Shown here: piece by piece, positions 1-12,365 of the stretch
Position numbering within the stretch: position 1 is the stretch's first letter
How the letters are laid out: each line of letters begins with the position of its first letter
From: Macrostomum lignano
Taxonomy: Eukaryota
Reading direction: 5' to 3'
DNA length: 64,000 nt
Assembly (NCBI GenBank): GCA_002269645.1
Contig: NIVC01001623.1
Location: 81,706 to 145,705, forward strand
The notes under the pieces: generated by a model
What the model was told of the DNA's origin: nothing
Seen by the model: the letters and a program-made list of their open reading frames with translations, nothing else
Database searches by the model: none
Translations under genes and position numbers: made by a program

Positions 1-1374
1 GATTTCTATCACTCTTCCAAAATATCGTTTAGAGCGAGCATCTTATGCGAATTGTTATTATTTTTTGTTAATATTTGTTATTTGTTATTCGCTATTTTGG
101 CTATTGTTCTCAAAGTACGCGAAGTCAGACTAGAACTATTGATAGGTTGCGGCTTGCGAAGACCTGGGGCACGTGGCACGGATTGCAAGGATCTATATAG
201 CCAGGCCTGAGAGCGAGCCGCGGGTCCAGTGCAATTGGGATTTCAGATCGGCAGGCCGCCACCCACCAACCCGCTTGAGAGGGGGGGCTCTGACAGACTA
301 CAAATAAAAGTAAAACATATTTTGCTGTCAGATCTCACACCTCTCCTCTCCTCCTCTTTGTTTTCAACCTTTCGGCCGCTTTGCTATCTACTATAGGCGA
401 CATGCTGCACTTTAAGGCGCATTGATCCGCCCCTTTACTCGTAATTTTTTTCTAGGATATTCACTTATATTTATTGTAAAATTTTGGGGAAAACCTTTTT
501 TTAAGATCGGATATTTACTTAGGTCATACGTATTTGATTAAAGGGGCCATGAATATTTGAGCACTACCATATATGGAGTTAAGCAAATACAGCTGCTGAA
601 ATCCGGTTCCTTGATCAAACAAACGTTGGCCCTACGTAGGGTTCTGAGTCACTTCTGTTTGCACATGACTCATTCTAAAGATATATTGGAAATTTAAAGT
701 GACATTTATAGAATAAAACTTTAAGTAGTGCATTACGGCATGAACAACAGTACTCTACAAATTGACGGTAGAGAAGAACGCACTAGTTATGTACAGAGAG
801 GGTGAGAAACAAAACAAAGCTAGGCACTCAGAAAGGGGACGTAAAACACCGGAGGGTGATAGAGAGAATTACAGAGATAAATATTTCAAGATAGAATTTC
901 GCGACGGTTATACTGCTTCGTTAGAAACGCGGAAATCTGGCGTTGTTTCTTTTTGAAACGCCTGCTGCACGAATTTTTGTCAATGCTTTCGACGTCGCTG
1001 CTTCCAGAGTAGATGTTCCGAGCCAGTCGGTGAAGTTCCTAAACAATGCGATTCAGGAATGCAGCAGTTTTTGTCAATCTCAATTTCAGTGATGCTTGCT
1101 TACAGAGAATATCAGATATATTACGAGTATAAAGGTGTTCCATTTAAGATTTTATTAGCTCAAGTTTGTTATAAGGAGGGGTTATCAGTAGTAACTGATA
1201 GTTCGATCTGTTATAAGGACGGGATCGGCTATCCTTTGGTGGGTTCGATGAATCAATTTGTTGGGTCCGAGTTGTTTGGCTACTCAGCAGTTTCGCTATT
1301 TGGCTACTTTGGATACTTAGCTATTCGGCTTCATAATTTCTTGTAATAAAAGTAATAACAGAAAATGTACTCAC

Positions 1375-2080
1375 GTCATACTGGGAGCAATACAGAACAT
1401 CCTCCAAGTCCGATTCCAGACATCCATCAAGGAGCTCTCACTTCTGTCGAACACAGAGCAGACGACTTTTCTGTCGAGTACGGTGGCTGGCTTCACACTG
1501 GAATCCATAGTTTTCCAGCTGCCGAACTGCTGGGATGTTGATGTCGATAACGATCGCGCTGCCTCCGGGAAGCAGCAATTGGGGAAGTTCGCTGCCGAGA
1601 AATTCGACCTTCGACTTCACTCCGGCGAAGCTCAGAATAATAAGGTGGAATGAGTCGTCTGTCTCGATGATAAAGTCCTTCATATCAATGTCAAAGATGA
1701 ACTGCGTGCGAACCGGGTGTTGAAAAGTAGCATTTCTATTGTTGAACTCATCCAAGGGCCAGCTGTACAGGTCGACACCAGTGCAGTGGACTTCGTTAAA
1801 TGGTGGTCGCTTATTATTTTGAAAAGCCTGCTGGGTCGCTTCGATAACAGCCAGCAGGTCAGTGCCCGGACCGCAGCCGAGGGACAACACTTTGAAGTTT
1901 CCGCATGGAGTTCTCGAAAGAATCGACTTCATCAAATATTTAATGGGGCCGCGTACGATTTCGAGTTTTTTGGCAGCTCCGGATTGAATAGTTTCTGCGG
2001 AAGTCCTCATACGAATAGAATTCCAGTGCGTCCTTATCGTGGGCAGTGGACCACCGATCAATCAGATTCTCATGTATACC
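1375..2080 (-). CDS. Class I SAM-dependent methyltransferase-like exon (part of a multi-exon gene, probably frameshifted near its 5' end)
   Basis: ORF 1438-2061 has motif I VLSLGCGPGTDL, acidic strand HCTGVDL, FHLIILSF and LLLPGGSAIVID. Acceptor-like ttgtag at 2081-2086 and donor GTGAGT at 1374 (both minus strand). The frame upstream of 2061 is closed, so a frameshift or different exon structure is needed. Confidence 0.6.
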
Positions 2081-3213
2081 CTACAATGTGTAGAAACCAT
2101 AAAGCAAATATTGCTGTTGAACGCATTAAAGCCAGTGAAAAATTTATTTTATCAATAAGTAGGTCGGTTCGATGAGCCATTTATCTGGTAGCTTGACATA
2201 GCCATAATTTCTTCTGGAGACTGGGCAACATCGGTCTGGGAGGTCCCGTAAGTCTTAAGAGTAAAAAATGTGACCAAAAACTTAGTCTTTTTGCTTTCAA
2301 GCTGTCATGGTTACCTTTGGCTTCTTGCGTATCCTTTTGTACGGATTCTTGCTTTCATGGTTTGGAAATTGGATTAACGATTCCGTTTTGTTGTCCAGAG
2401 ATAGATGGCAATGGGGTGAAGAGGGCTGACCGGCTTATGCCTTTCTTTATAAACCTCTAGTCCCCTGTCTAGGTAAATAAAAAATCAATACAACCTCAGC
2501 CAACTGTGCTTTGCATTAGCAGAAAGCAAACTGTACATTTTACAGTGCGCTTAGTGAATCTCTCTCCAGCTGAGTACTTCCTTAGTTTTAATCCCTTTCC
2601 AAGGGATTTCGAGAGAGACGAGACACGGGATGGGGAAGAGCAACCGCGGGGTAACCGGGCTCTCGGGCAGAGAGGCAGCTGCAGGCAGCATTCGGATTCG
2701 TGTGGAGTTTGAGCGCGAGGAAGGGGGTGGGGAGCACGTGACCACCGTCGATTCTCTTCCCTCAATAGAAAAAAACTGTCTTTTCCTGTTTTCTCTTTCA
2801 ATCGGCCAGTTGACTATAAGAGATTCGGCCCTTTAATTTGAGAAAAGTTATTCGAGCTGTCATAAGAATAAATTATTACTTTTGCCGATGCAACCAGTGA
2901 GCTATGAGCGCCATATTCTTAGTTTCTTCTTGGGACCAAAACTTGTGCATGGCACTGGGTGCATTCCTTCTTGCACTTGGATTTGTAGGTTAGGCTCGCG
3001 CTGTTTACAATAGGAACCTGGTATTTGTTTTTGAGAGGGTGAGGACCCTGCGCTGATGACTGAAAGTTGTTGGGAAGCCGTTGATAACTTGTTGATAATG
3101 AGAAGATTACAAGCAAGTAGTATGTTTGGAAGTTTTAGAAATAAGATGACCACGTTTAATTTTTTTCTGGAAAATGATTGTTAAATTCATGGGATTATGG
3201 TGGCAGTGAAAAA

Positions 3214-3812
3214 GGGTCTGGGATCAGAATGGCTCTGGGTCTGGGATCAGAATGGTTCTCGGTCTGGGATCAGAATGACTCTGGGTCTGGGATCAGAATG
3301 ACTCTGGGTCTGGGATCAGAATGACTCTCGGTCTGGGATCAGAATGACTCTGAGTCTGGGATCAGAATGACTCTGGGTCTGGGATCAGAATGGTTCTCGG
3401 TCTGGGATCAGAATGACTCTGGGTCTGGGATCGGAATGACTCTGAGTCTGGGATCAGAATGACTCTGGGTCTGGGATCAGAATGGTTCTCGGTCTGGGAT
3501 CAGAATGACTCTGGGTCTGGGATCGGAATGACTCTGAGTCTGGGATCAGAATGACTCTGGGTCTGGGATCAGAATGGTTCTCGGTCTGGGATCAGAATGA
3601 CTCTGGGTCTGGGATCGGAATGACTCTGGGTCTGGGATCAGAATGGTTCTCGGTCTGGGATCAGAATGACTCTGGGTCTGGGATCGGAATGACTCTGAGT
3701 CTGGGATCAGAATGACTCTGAGTCTGGGATCAGAATGGTTCTCGGTCTGGGATCAGAATGACTCTGGGTCTGGGATCAGAATGACTCTCGGTCTGGGATC
3801 AGAATGATTCTA
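3214..3812. repeat. Tandem minisatellite, 23-bp unit GGTCTGGGATCAGAATGACTCTG, about 26 copies
   Basis: Directly visible periodicity with a few variant units (GGTTCTC, GAGTCTG, GATCGG). Confidence 0.95.
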
Positions 3813-3996
3813 GAATCAGAATCTTCGTTGTTTTTAGGCAAAGCAACAGATCTTTGAAAACGCTACATTCGTCACTCCGTTAGCTAATAATACTACTTTC
3901 AGAATTGAGTGTATGTTTAGAGTTTTTTGTGTAAATTTGCTTTTTCACAAGAAAATAGATAAAAAAATCATTTATTGTATTACGTAGATAGCGCGA

Positions 3997-4515
3997 GTGA
4001 CCCCATCTAGTGACCCATCATCCAGTGACCCATCATCCAGTGACCCATCATCCAGTGACCCATCATCTAGTGACCCATCTTCTAGTGACCCATCATCCAG
4101 TGACCCATCATCCAGTGACCCATCATCTAGTGACCCATCTTCTAGTGACCCATCTAGTGACTTATCTAGTGACCCATCCAGTGACCCATCATCCAGTGAC
4201 CCATCATCTAGTGACCCATCTTCTAGTGACCCATCTAGTGACTTATCTAGTGACCCATCCAGTGACCCATCATCCAGTGACCAATCTTCTAGTGACCCAT
4301 CTTCTAGCGACCAATCTAGTGACCTATCTAGTGACCCATCTAATGACCTATCTAGTGACCCATCCAGTGACCCATCATCCGGTGACCCATCTAATGAACC
4401 CATCTTCTAGTGACCCATCTAGTGAACCCATCTTCTAGTGATCCATCTAGTGATCCGTCTAGTGACCCATCTAGTGACCCATCTAGTGACCCATCTAGTG
4501 ACCCATCTAGTGACT
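3997..4515. repeat. Tandem repeat of 12/15-bp units (AGTGACCCATCT / AGTGACCCATCATCC)
   Basis: Directly visible. It produces the spurious SSDP/VTHHP/DGSL ORFs. Confidence 0.95.
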
Positions 4516-5640
4516 AGAAACGCACATGTCAGACATTTCTCCCAAAAGAAGCAGTGAAAGCCTGAAAAAAACAATAATTGAGCAATCCAGCTTGCAGGGT
4601 AGCAAAGCTCAGGATTTGAGCACTGCCTATTGTTGCACTCACGACTGTCTGCAAGGGGGACAGCGCAGCTAGCGATAATAGAGAGTGTTAAGCCAGTCAT
4701 TTTTAATAAATGTTTCACTGCTGCATCATGAAAGGGAGCTCTTTTTAGCGAGAAACTCTGGAAAGAAGCTTTGTCACGAAGTTTTATCGTTTTTTTTTTA
4801 CTTGATTTCGATTTTTTGCCAATTGGCAAATCTAAATATGGAAACAATAAATCTTTCGGTTTGGAAGCTATTTTTGCATCGCATTATTTCTGCTTCTAAA
4901 AGATGCACTGCAGGTTTCTATCTGTAATCACATGACTTGAAAGGGCAGTCACTTCGTCAAGTTTCCGCACTACAGTACTCGTAGCCAGTGCGAGCTGAGG
5001 TTCTTAACTTATTCCCCAGAATTTGCTCCGCAAATGTGGGACGGAGTGGCCTTGCTTTACCTTTGCCAGCAGCTCATATATTAGTTCTCAGTGAATTATT
5101 CATGCAGTTATAGCAAACTAAGGCGCGACGCGTGTTGGTCATAATAAAAACATGCAACCGGGGCTCCAAGAAGGTGCGCTAAATCGCAGCGCAACATCCT
5201 GAAAAAATTAATTTCGCTACGGGCACCTTTCTTAAAAATGAAGAGTAACTGACAGGTCACCAGCATCACCTGACCACATGGTAGTCTCCAGTCCTGCTTG
5301 AAGGGCCAGCAGCAGCAGCAGCCCCGCTCTCAAGCCTCCTTCTCCCCGTGAGTTGTTGACTTGCAAAATTCCTCGCTTCCAGAGTTTCCCGGATAAATTT
5401 TTCATCGAGCAAACTCAGGCAGGCTGAGCTGCTCAACCAAACCAACTGCGGTTTGCTCAGCCCCTTCCTCGGGAAAGTGCTCAACTCAATAGATGAATTG
5501 GTGATAAGGAGAACCGGTTTGCCCGTTCATGCTTCGCCTCAAGGCGTACCTGCCTAGACGCTTAACATCATCACGGCGCAAAGGCGAGAGTTGCTAGGGG
5601 GGGGGGGCTTCGGACACTGGCGCAAATCGAGACGGGGGGG

Positions 5641-5802
5641 TTCATAAGACCGAAATTTCACAACGCCGAAACACCATACTTCACAAGACTGAAACTTCAT
5701 GAGACCGAAATTTCACAACGCCGAAAATTCTGCATGCTCCTTATTGTATTAAGTTTTCTACGATGTGAAATTTCGGTCTTGTGAAGTTTCGGTCTTGTGA
5801 AG
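5641..5802. repeat. Short foldback built from GACCGAAA(C/T)TTCAC units, MITE-like remnant
   Basis: 5679-5722 (cttcacaagactgaaacttcatgagaccgaaatttcacaacg) is the near reverse complement of 5761-5802. A further direct copy lies at 5641-5670. Confidence 0.7.
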
Positions 5803-5899
5803 GATCGTGGAAGGAAAGCGACCCATCGAGACGAAACAGTCAACGAGAGGACAAGCCGTCCTGACAACCCCTGATAAGAATAGCAATAGTTGATTACAC

Positions 5900-6125
5900 C
5901 TGCCACAATGGACAGATGGGCAACCTACAGCTCACCGCAGCGATTGCTGGGGGTCGCCTAAGTCGTCGCTAATGCTGGGCACCCCTTTTACAGCTAGATG
6001 AACTGAAACAATGCAGAGTTAATTGTGTCTTGCTCAAGGACACAAATTGTTCCGGGTGGGTCAGGAATCGAATCCCCGACCTTTCAGTCCTGAGTCCGAC
6101 GCTCTAACCATGAGGCTACAACCCC
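5900..6125 (-). mobile_element. tRNA-derived SINE with a CORE-like central motif
   Basis: Minus strand reads GGGGTTGTAGCCTCATGGTTAGAGCG (A box)...GGATTCGATTCC (B box), then GTGTCCTTGAGCAAGACAC, resembling the conserved MIR/CORE-type motif GTGACCTTGGGCAAGTCAC. The 3' boundary is approximate. Confidence 0.75.
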
Positions 6126-6515
6126 TGAGCAACACGGATGCGCACGCACTCACACGATCATAATCGAACCCAGAGTCCGACATGTTGCCGCTCTGCTACA
6201 CAACAGTTAACTTGCTCCCAGTGCAAAGAGCTTCATGAGTTGCTTTGATTGGTGCTTCACAAAAATCAACAATCTTCTGCTTTAAAACCCAACTGCTTTA
6301 AAACACGTGGGCAATTTCCTGGCTCTGAAACGGACCCGAAGAACTGCTGCGGAAGCAACGCAAGATTACAGACTCAAATTCTGCGCAATAGAAATAGCCA
6401 ACCACAGAGCATTGAGTTGCCACTGGCCAGCGCCGCACCTGCAGATCATCTCTATTATAAAGCGAGATTTTGGCCAAGTACTGTTTTTGGCCCGAAAATT
6501 TGCTGGTTCCGCCAG

Positions 6516-8070
6516 ATGCTGAACATCGGCTTCATCACACTTTTACATCTGCTGCTGCTGCTGCAGCCCAACCTCCTCTCGGCCTCATCGGCCCAGCCCA
6601 GCTGCGCTGCCAGTCGGCACCGGCTGCTGCCGGCCCGCGGTCTCTGCTGCTCAAACGCCTCGGCCGCCCACCTCCCGGCCAGGCAGGCCGTCAGCGCGGC
6701 TGCCTGCGCCCTCCTCTGCGGCGTCGAGGCCGCCTGCGCGGTCGCCGAGTTCGACAGCGGAGCCGCCGTGTGCCGAATGGGCACCGCCTGCGACCTGCGC
6801 AGCCTCTGGACTGCATCTGGTGGCGGCAGCTGCAGCACCTGGGTGGCGGCGGATCGGCCCGGCTGCCCGGATACCACTCTGGCTGCGGCTGACAGTGCCG
6901 ACAACACCGATCCCACCGCAGCTGGAACAGCGACAACTATCACAACAACGCCGACAACCACAACAACGCCGACAACTACCACAACAACACCGACAACTAC
7001 CACAACAACGCCGACAACTACCACAACAACACCGACAACTACCACAACAACACCGACAACTACCACAACAACACCGACAACTACACCGACAACTACAGCA
7101 ACTACCACAACACCGACAACTACCACTCCGACAACAACACTTCAAACTATCACGCCAACCGCGGAAGTGACGCTTTGTAAGCACAGCCTGTTTACTCTTT
7201 TTAACCCCGAACAATGTTCAAGCCGCTGTTGCAGCGCTGTCAGAGAATTGCAGTCGTTCATTTCGCAATGCCTCCCCGACAGCCGCAGGCAGCTCGTCTC
7301 CCCAGAGCTACTCGCCACCCGTGCCCGGCGCCTGCTACCGAATCCGAGCGTGGGGCGCCCGCGGCGGCTCGAACTCCGGCGCGAACCCCGGCGGTAACGG
7401 CGCCCACAAGGAGGCGACCTTCGTGCTCAGCGGCGCGCAGCTGACGGTGGTCGTCGGGGAAGCCGGCAGCGACGCGACTGCAAGCGATAATGGGGCCGGC
7501 GGTGGCGGCGGGAGTTTTGTCTACGAGTCCACGTCACTGCTGCTGGCGGCCGGCGGAGGCGGCGGAGCCGCTGAGTCATCAGCGGGAGTCGATGGCGCCG
7601 TCGGTCAGAACGGCAGCGCCTCAGCGTCGGCCGACAACTACCGCGGCAGCGGCGGAACGGCTGGGAGCGGCGCTCCGGCGGCTTCGGCGACTTGCTGCGG
7701 TGGCTCGGGTGGCGGTGGCGCCGGCTGGCTGTCGAACGGCGGGTCTCAGAGCGGAGGCACCAGTGGCGACGGCGGCGTCTCCCGCATCGGTGGCTGGGGT
7801 GGCGGCACGTCGACCGGCAACGCCGGGAGCGGCGGTTATGGAGGCGGCGGCGGAGGGGGCAAGAAGTCAGGCGGCTCATCCGGAGGCGGCGGCGGTGGCG
7901 GCGGCTACTCGGGCGGCGGTGCGAGCGGCAACGGCATGGAAGGCGGCGGCGGTGGTGGCAGCTTCGTGGCTGTCGGCGCCACCGCAGTGCAGGGCTCGGC
8001 GGGGGGCAACAGCCAGGCCGCCGGGCGGGTCAGCATCCAGCTGATCGGGGCGGCATCGGCCTGCGTGTGA
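6516..8070 (+). CDS. Secreted protein: signal peptide, PAN/apple-like Cys domain, Thr/Pro stalk and ALK/LTK-type glycine-rich domain (exons 6516-7176, 7235-8070)
   Basis: Hydrophobic N-terminus MLNIGFITLLHLLLLLQ; PAN-like spacing SAAACALLCGVEAACAVAEFDSGAAVCRM; (TTPTTTT)n stalk. A 58-bp GTAAG...TTGCAG intron joins the two ORFs in frame. YRIRAWGARGG, LTVVVG, GAGGGGGSFV, LLAAGGGGG, GYSGG and GGGGSF are hallmarks of the ALK-type Gly-rich domain. Confidence 0.8.
6935..7140 (+). repeat. Coding 21-bp tandem repeat (ACACCGACAACTACCACAACA) encoding a mucin-like Thr stalk
   Basis: Directly visible and in frame with the secreted protein. Confidence 0.85.
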
Positions 8071-8765
8071 GCCGCAGGCGCAGAAGGCACCTGGCTTGCA
8101 TGTACGCTCGTATTTGATTCATCAACCGCTTATTTAAGCGACCTGACTGTTTACTGTAAATGAACACCTTCTGGGTCGATCTCTTTTGTTTTTCCTCTAA
8201 TCCAGCCGCAGCCACAGAGCAGCCTCGTAAGATAAAAATGCTGTATGCAATTGGGACTTGGAGGCAGGAGAATTCCCACTGACGCACCCGGATGCGGACG
8301 TACGTGTTCTCACAGGGTGTACAACAGGCCGGACTTTCGCACCCACAGGCATTTACAATCTCTGCCCATCCAAGTCTAAAATCCCCCACGGAATCGAAGC
8401 AGAGACTGCTCAAGAACCAGACGCCAACTCCATAGTTTGCTCTGCTGCTACAAAAAATTCTTGGAATTTTCATGAAAATAGGCATGAATATGAAAGAGAG
8501 CAGTCAATGTGTAGTTACCAATGGTTGCGGCTGCGCTGTGAAACATCTTACTCTTTTAATGTACATGTTGTACCGCGGGCAACAGATCTACTGCAAAGTG
8601 AAATATTTTTCTAATTTGAATTTTTCTATGAAACTGGTGAGCTCGATTTGAATGAAAATTTTATTGCCTATAAAGAACATTATTTTAGTATTGTAATAAC
8701 TTTATGAAAAATAAATATGCGCATCTGTACTTTCCTGCATACTCTCTTACTTTTGAACCCAAGCC

Positions 8766-9507
8766 ACAAGTCCCACCTGGCTGAGTACCATGCAGCCGGA
8801 ACTGAAGTCCCACCTGGCTGAGTATCAGCCGGCACTGAAGTCCCACCTGGCTGAGTACCAGCCAGCACTGAAGTCCCACCTGGCTGAGTACCAGCCAGCA
8901 CTGAAGTCCCACCTGGCTGAGTACCAGCCGGCACTGAAGTCCCACCTGGCTGAGTACCAGCCGGCACTGAAGTCCCACCTGGCTGAGTACCAGCCGGCAC
9001 TGAAGTCCCACCTGGCTGAGTACCAGCCAGCACTGAAGTCCCACCTGGCTGAGTACCAGCCGGCACTGAAGTCCCACCTGGCTGAGTACCAGCCGGCACT
9101 GAAGTCCCACCTGGCTGAGTACCAGCCAGCACTGAAGTCCCACCTGGCTGAGTACCAGCCGGCACTGAAGTCCCACCTGGCTGAGTACCAGCCGGCACTG
9201 AAGTCCCACCTGGCTGAGTACCAGCCAGCACTGAGGTCCCACCTGGCTGAGTACCAGCCGGAACTGAAGTCCCACCTGGCTGAGTACCAGCCGGCACTGA
9301 AGTCCCACCTGGCTGAGTACCAGCCAGCACTGAGGTCCCACCTGGCTGAGTACCAGCCGGAACTGAAGTCCCACCTGGCTGAGTACCAGCCGGAACTGAA
9401 GTCCCACCTGGCTGAGTACCAGCCGGAACTGAAGTCCCACCTGGCTGAGTACCAGCCGGAACTGAAGTCCCACCTGGCTGAGTACCAGCCGGCACTGAAG
9501 TCCCACC
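8766..9507. repeat. Tandem minisatellite, 33-bp unit AAGTCCCACCTGGCTGAGTACCAGCC(G/A)GCACTG, about 22 copies
   Basis: Nearly identical head-to-tail units with no spacers. Each unit contains a GGCTG-AGTAC-CAGCC hairpin. Confidence 0.97.
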
Positions 9508-11768
9508 ATCAAAGATAGCATCGGAGAATATAAAGTGAAAAAGTGGCACGAATTCAAACAGCTTCCAATAATTATTTCTACAACGAAAAACAATTTTTTT
9601 CGGCGGATAAAGAGACGATCCGCATCTTTAAAATAAAGATGTGCATTTGTAAGCTGCGAGTTGATAAAGCGATCGCTGGGAGATGCAAGCGGATACCAAA
9701 TTGTTATAATAAACTTATAAAAGTATTTACAGCAGCCAGACGGCAAACTGAGACATGTATAAATAACCACAGCAATTGTGCCTCTCTAACACAACTAGGC
9801 GGGTATAAAACAACATGCAAACTAAATCAGCAGCACAAACGCACATACTACTCACCACTAATAGTCTACTTTGCAAACAGTAGCGTATTCAGCGCAGTAA
9901 AATAATAGCCGAATAAGGCTGCAAAATGTAACAGAAAAGTGTAGCATGACGCAATGATAAAATGAAAACATGGAGCAATAAAACCAAAATGCAGTACAAC
10001 TCTGATTTCAGGTAGCAACTAACAGAAGCGCTGGCCTATAATGAAGGGGAGCAGCTGGAGCGAAAATGAACTGCATGTTTAAATATAAGCTGAAATTATT
10101 GCAGGCACACAGGGCAGCCAGACCCTCCTTCCACGGACCCGTGGGCTGAATAATACATTAACTAGATTGAACAGCTAGTTAATGACCTAGTCACTTGCGC
10201 CACCCCAGAGTGGTGGCAGGTAACACAGGTCGACTTTGAAACGACGAACTTTTTTCGCGGCTCTTTTACGATTCTGCAGCTCGGGCGATGCGCTCGCGAC
10301 TCAACAGCCGCCTCTCCGTCGCATTACAATCGTTTGAGTCGTTAAAAAGTCACAAGAGTCGCCCCCAAGACGAATGTTTAGCAGTTCTTGTCAAGGTAAC
10401 GTTTTTAACGGGCATGTGACTACTCATAGGACAGCAGTATAATTTGAATATTATTAGCTTAAATTATCTATCTGCCAATAGGGTCGAGACACGAGTCACA
10501 TTTTAACTTTGTGTAGTAGGGCATTATTTTAGGAACGGGAATTATTGTGGGTTCAAATATGCTTTTTGCCTACTATCAGTAGTTTTAACCCGGGGAAATA
10601 ATTAGAGTGGGGTAAATCGCTAGTTTTGGGGTTTCTCTAGAACTACAGAGCAGTTTGGCTCTCGGAAAAGTATCCTCGTTGCGATCCATTGCGATCTAAC
10701 TTAGAAAATTCACGAAAGGAAGCGGTAAGAAGGGGAAAAAAATGGAATATAATTTAGGCTTGCACAGAGGAGTCTTGCCTCTAAATCTATAACTGGGAGT
10801 CTTGCCCAACGCACAATAACGGGAAAACTTAAATAGGGAGTTAATGTAACGATACTTTGTACCGTAACAATTAATTTACTTCTTTATTAAACTTGTGTTA
10901 ACTAAATTTATCGGTGTCCTGACTCAGTTCTTTAAACCTAAAGCTAGAATTAGGGAACAGCAGGAACCTGGTGGCAGCGAACTACCAAAAGTCTCAAACC
11001 AGTAGGAAGTAAATCCACTAGTAAAATACTTAGCAATAGAAACCAGTAGCCTAAACCGCAGGTACCACGACTAGTCCATTTGCAAGTCACCCCATTCTCT
11101 CATTCAGTTTTAAGAACGCTTATGCAAAAAATCTTTTGCCATTCTTTTTCATGTCAACAGGCCAGAGTTGATGAAGTTCCAGGGCTTCATTTGGAGTTTC
11201 CATCAACTGGCTTCCCATTTGACAACCTTCAAGTCCTGCGGCTGGAGAAAGCCTACACCTGTCGATGGCTCCGAGGAAATTCAAAATTTTTAAGTGGATT
11301 TAGTATGAAGCAACCAAAAATACTTTGCACCACTCACAACTGGTCCTAAAAGTGCACAAGTAAATTAGTGAAGTGACCGGACAGCCAAGCCATATATTAA
11401 GAGACCCCCGGTGAGAAATTGCCAACATACTCGTAATTCCAACAAATTCTTCCCCAGGAAATTCTTTCACATCCCAACGCGGCAGGGCAAAGCTGATAAC
11501 ACCGATCCCCCGAACCGATAAGGACCCCGCGCCTCCACCGAGGAGAACTTAGGCCAGAATATTGCAAAGCCCGACCCCCCCCCCCCTTAAGCTTCATTTT
11601 CATACAGGATGAGGCTGGCCACAGCTACACGACAAGACAGAGTAGAATTTTCCTAATGTTATCATGCAGAGGTCGGCCTTATCATGTATGAACAGGAGGG
11701 TCTCAGAGGAGTTGACACTCCAGGCCCTGGTTCAACATCTCGTGCACTGCCTGCCCGGTCCCACACCG

Positions 11769-12365
11769 CTACTTCTCGCCCTCGTCCTCCTCCTCGTCGT
11801 CATCCTCGGCGGCGGCCCGCGCCCTGGCCAGCAGCACCGCCTGGAACTCATTGTAGTGCTGCCGGCGCAGCTCGTCAAAGCGCCTGCGGTGCTCCCGCTC
11901 CGCCTCCGTCAGCTCCGAGTCGTCAGCGTCGGCGTCGTGATTGACGTCGGAGGAGCCGCAGGCTTCAAGCTCGTCGGCGGCGGCGGTCTCCTCCAGCCGC
12001 TGGGCCAGCATGTCCGGCTGCACAGCGTCGCTGAAGCTGGCCCGGCGCCGCTGGTCCTTGCTGGGCCCCGGCTCCGCCTCCGCGGCCTCCGCATCGCTGC
12101 CCGACGCCCCCGAGGACGCTTCGTAGGGCGTCGGGGCCTCGTCGATTTTCATGTGGCCGTAGTCTTTGTCGACCGGATGGTACGTGCGCAGGATGTTCAT
12201 CTCGTCCCACTGGAACAGCTTGCGGCCCTCGGCGTCTGTCGGGCAGCTTGGCTGCGCTGCGGCAGCCTCTCTGTCTGGCGGCTGGTGGAAGCTGGAGCCG
12301 CCTGTGCAGTCAAAGCTGGCGCGGTGCTTGAGAATGCCCTTCCGGGGCTGGCTGGAGTGCGCCAT
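11769..12365 (-). CDS. PPP1R2: Protein phosphatase 1 inhibitor-2 (IPP-2), intronless CDS
   Basis: SILK motif [34 protein letters not shown] (phospho-Thr motif), [12 protein letters not shown] (HYNE) and an acidic tail: all inhibitor-2 hallmarks. Confidence 0.95.
   Translation of the reverse strand: MAHSSQPRKGILKHRASFDCTGGSSFHQPPDREAAAAQPSCPTDAEGRKLFQWDEMNILRTYHPVDKDYGHMKIDEAPTPYEASSGASGSDAEAAEAEPGPSKDQRRRASFSDAVQPDMLAQRLEETAAADELEACGSSDVNHDADADDSELTEAEREHRRRFDELRRQHYNEFQAVLLARARAAAEDDDEEEDEGEK

Larger units (their letters stand above)
2315..5480 (-). other. Possible additional exons of the same minus-strand gene (about 2315-2468, 4643-4760, 5270-5480)
   Basis: Minus-strand splice signals: tttacctag|ACAGG at 2468 with AAG|gtaacc at 2315; cttctttccag near 4760 with C|gtgagt at 4643; CAG|gtgatg near 5272. 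No recognisable domain, and linkage to the methyltransferase exon is unproven. Confidence 0.25.

Noticed and set aside
3972-4438. ORFs encoding SSDP/VTHHP/DGSL repeats
   Set aside because: By-products of a 12/15-bp array, open in several frames on both strands with no coding context.
6055-6125. tRNA gene on the minus strand
   Set aside because: A and B boxes are present, but the acceptor stem does not close and the sequence continues into a CORE-like SINE body.
8766-9507. CRISPR-like array (33-bp palindromic repeats)
   Set aside because: Units are head-to-tail with no unique spacers, there are no cas genes, and the context is eukaryotic.
10700-11610. Possible retroelement end downstream of IPP-2
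   Set aside because: No LTR pair, TSD, poly(A) tail or protein motif could be identified.
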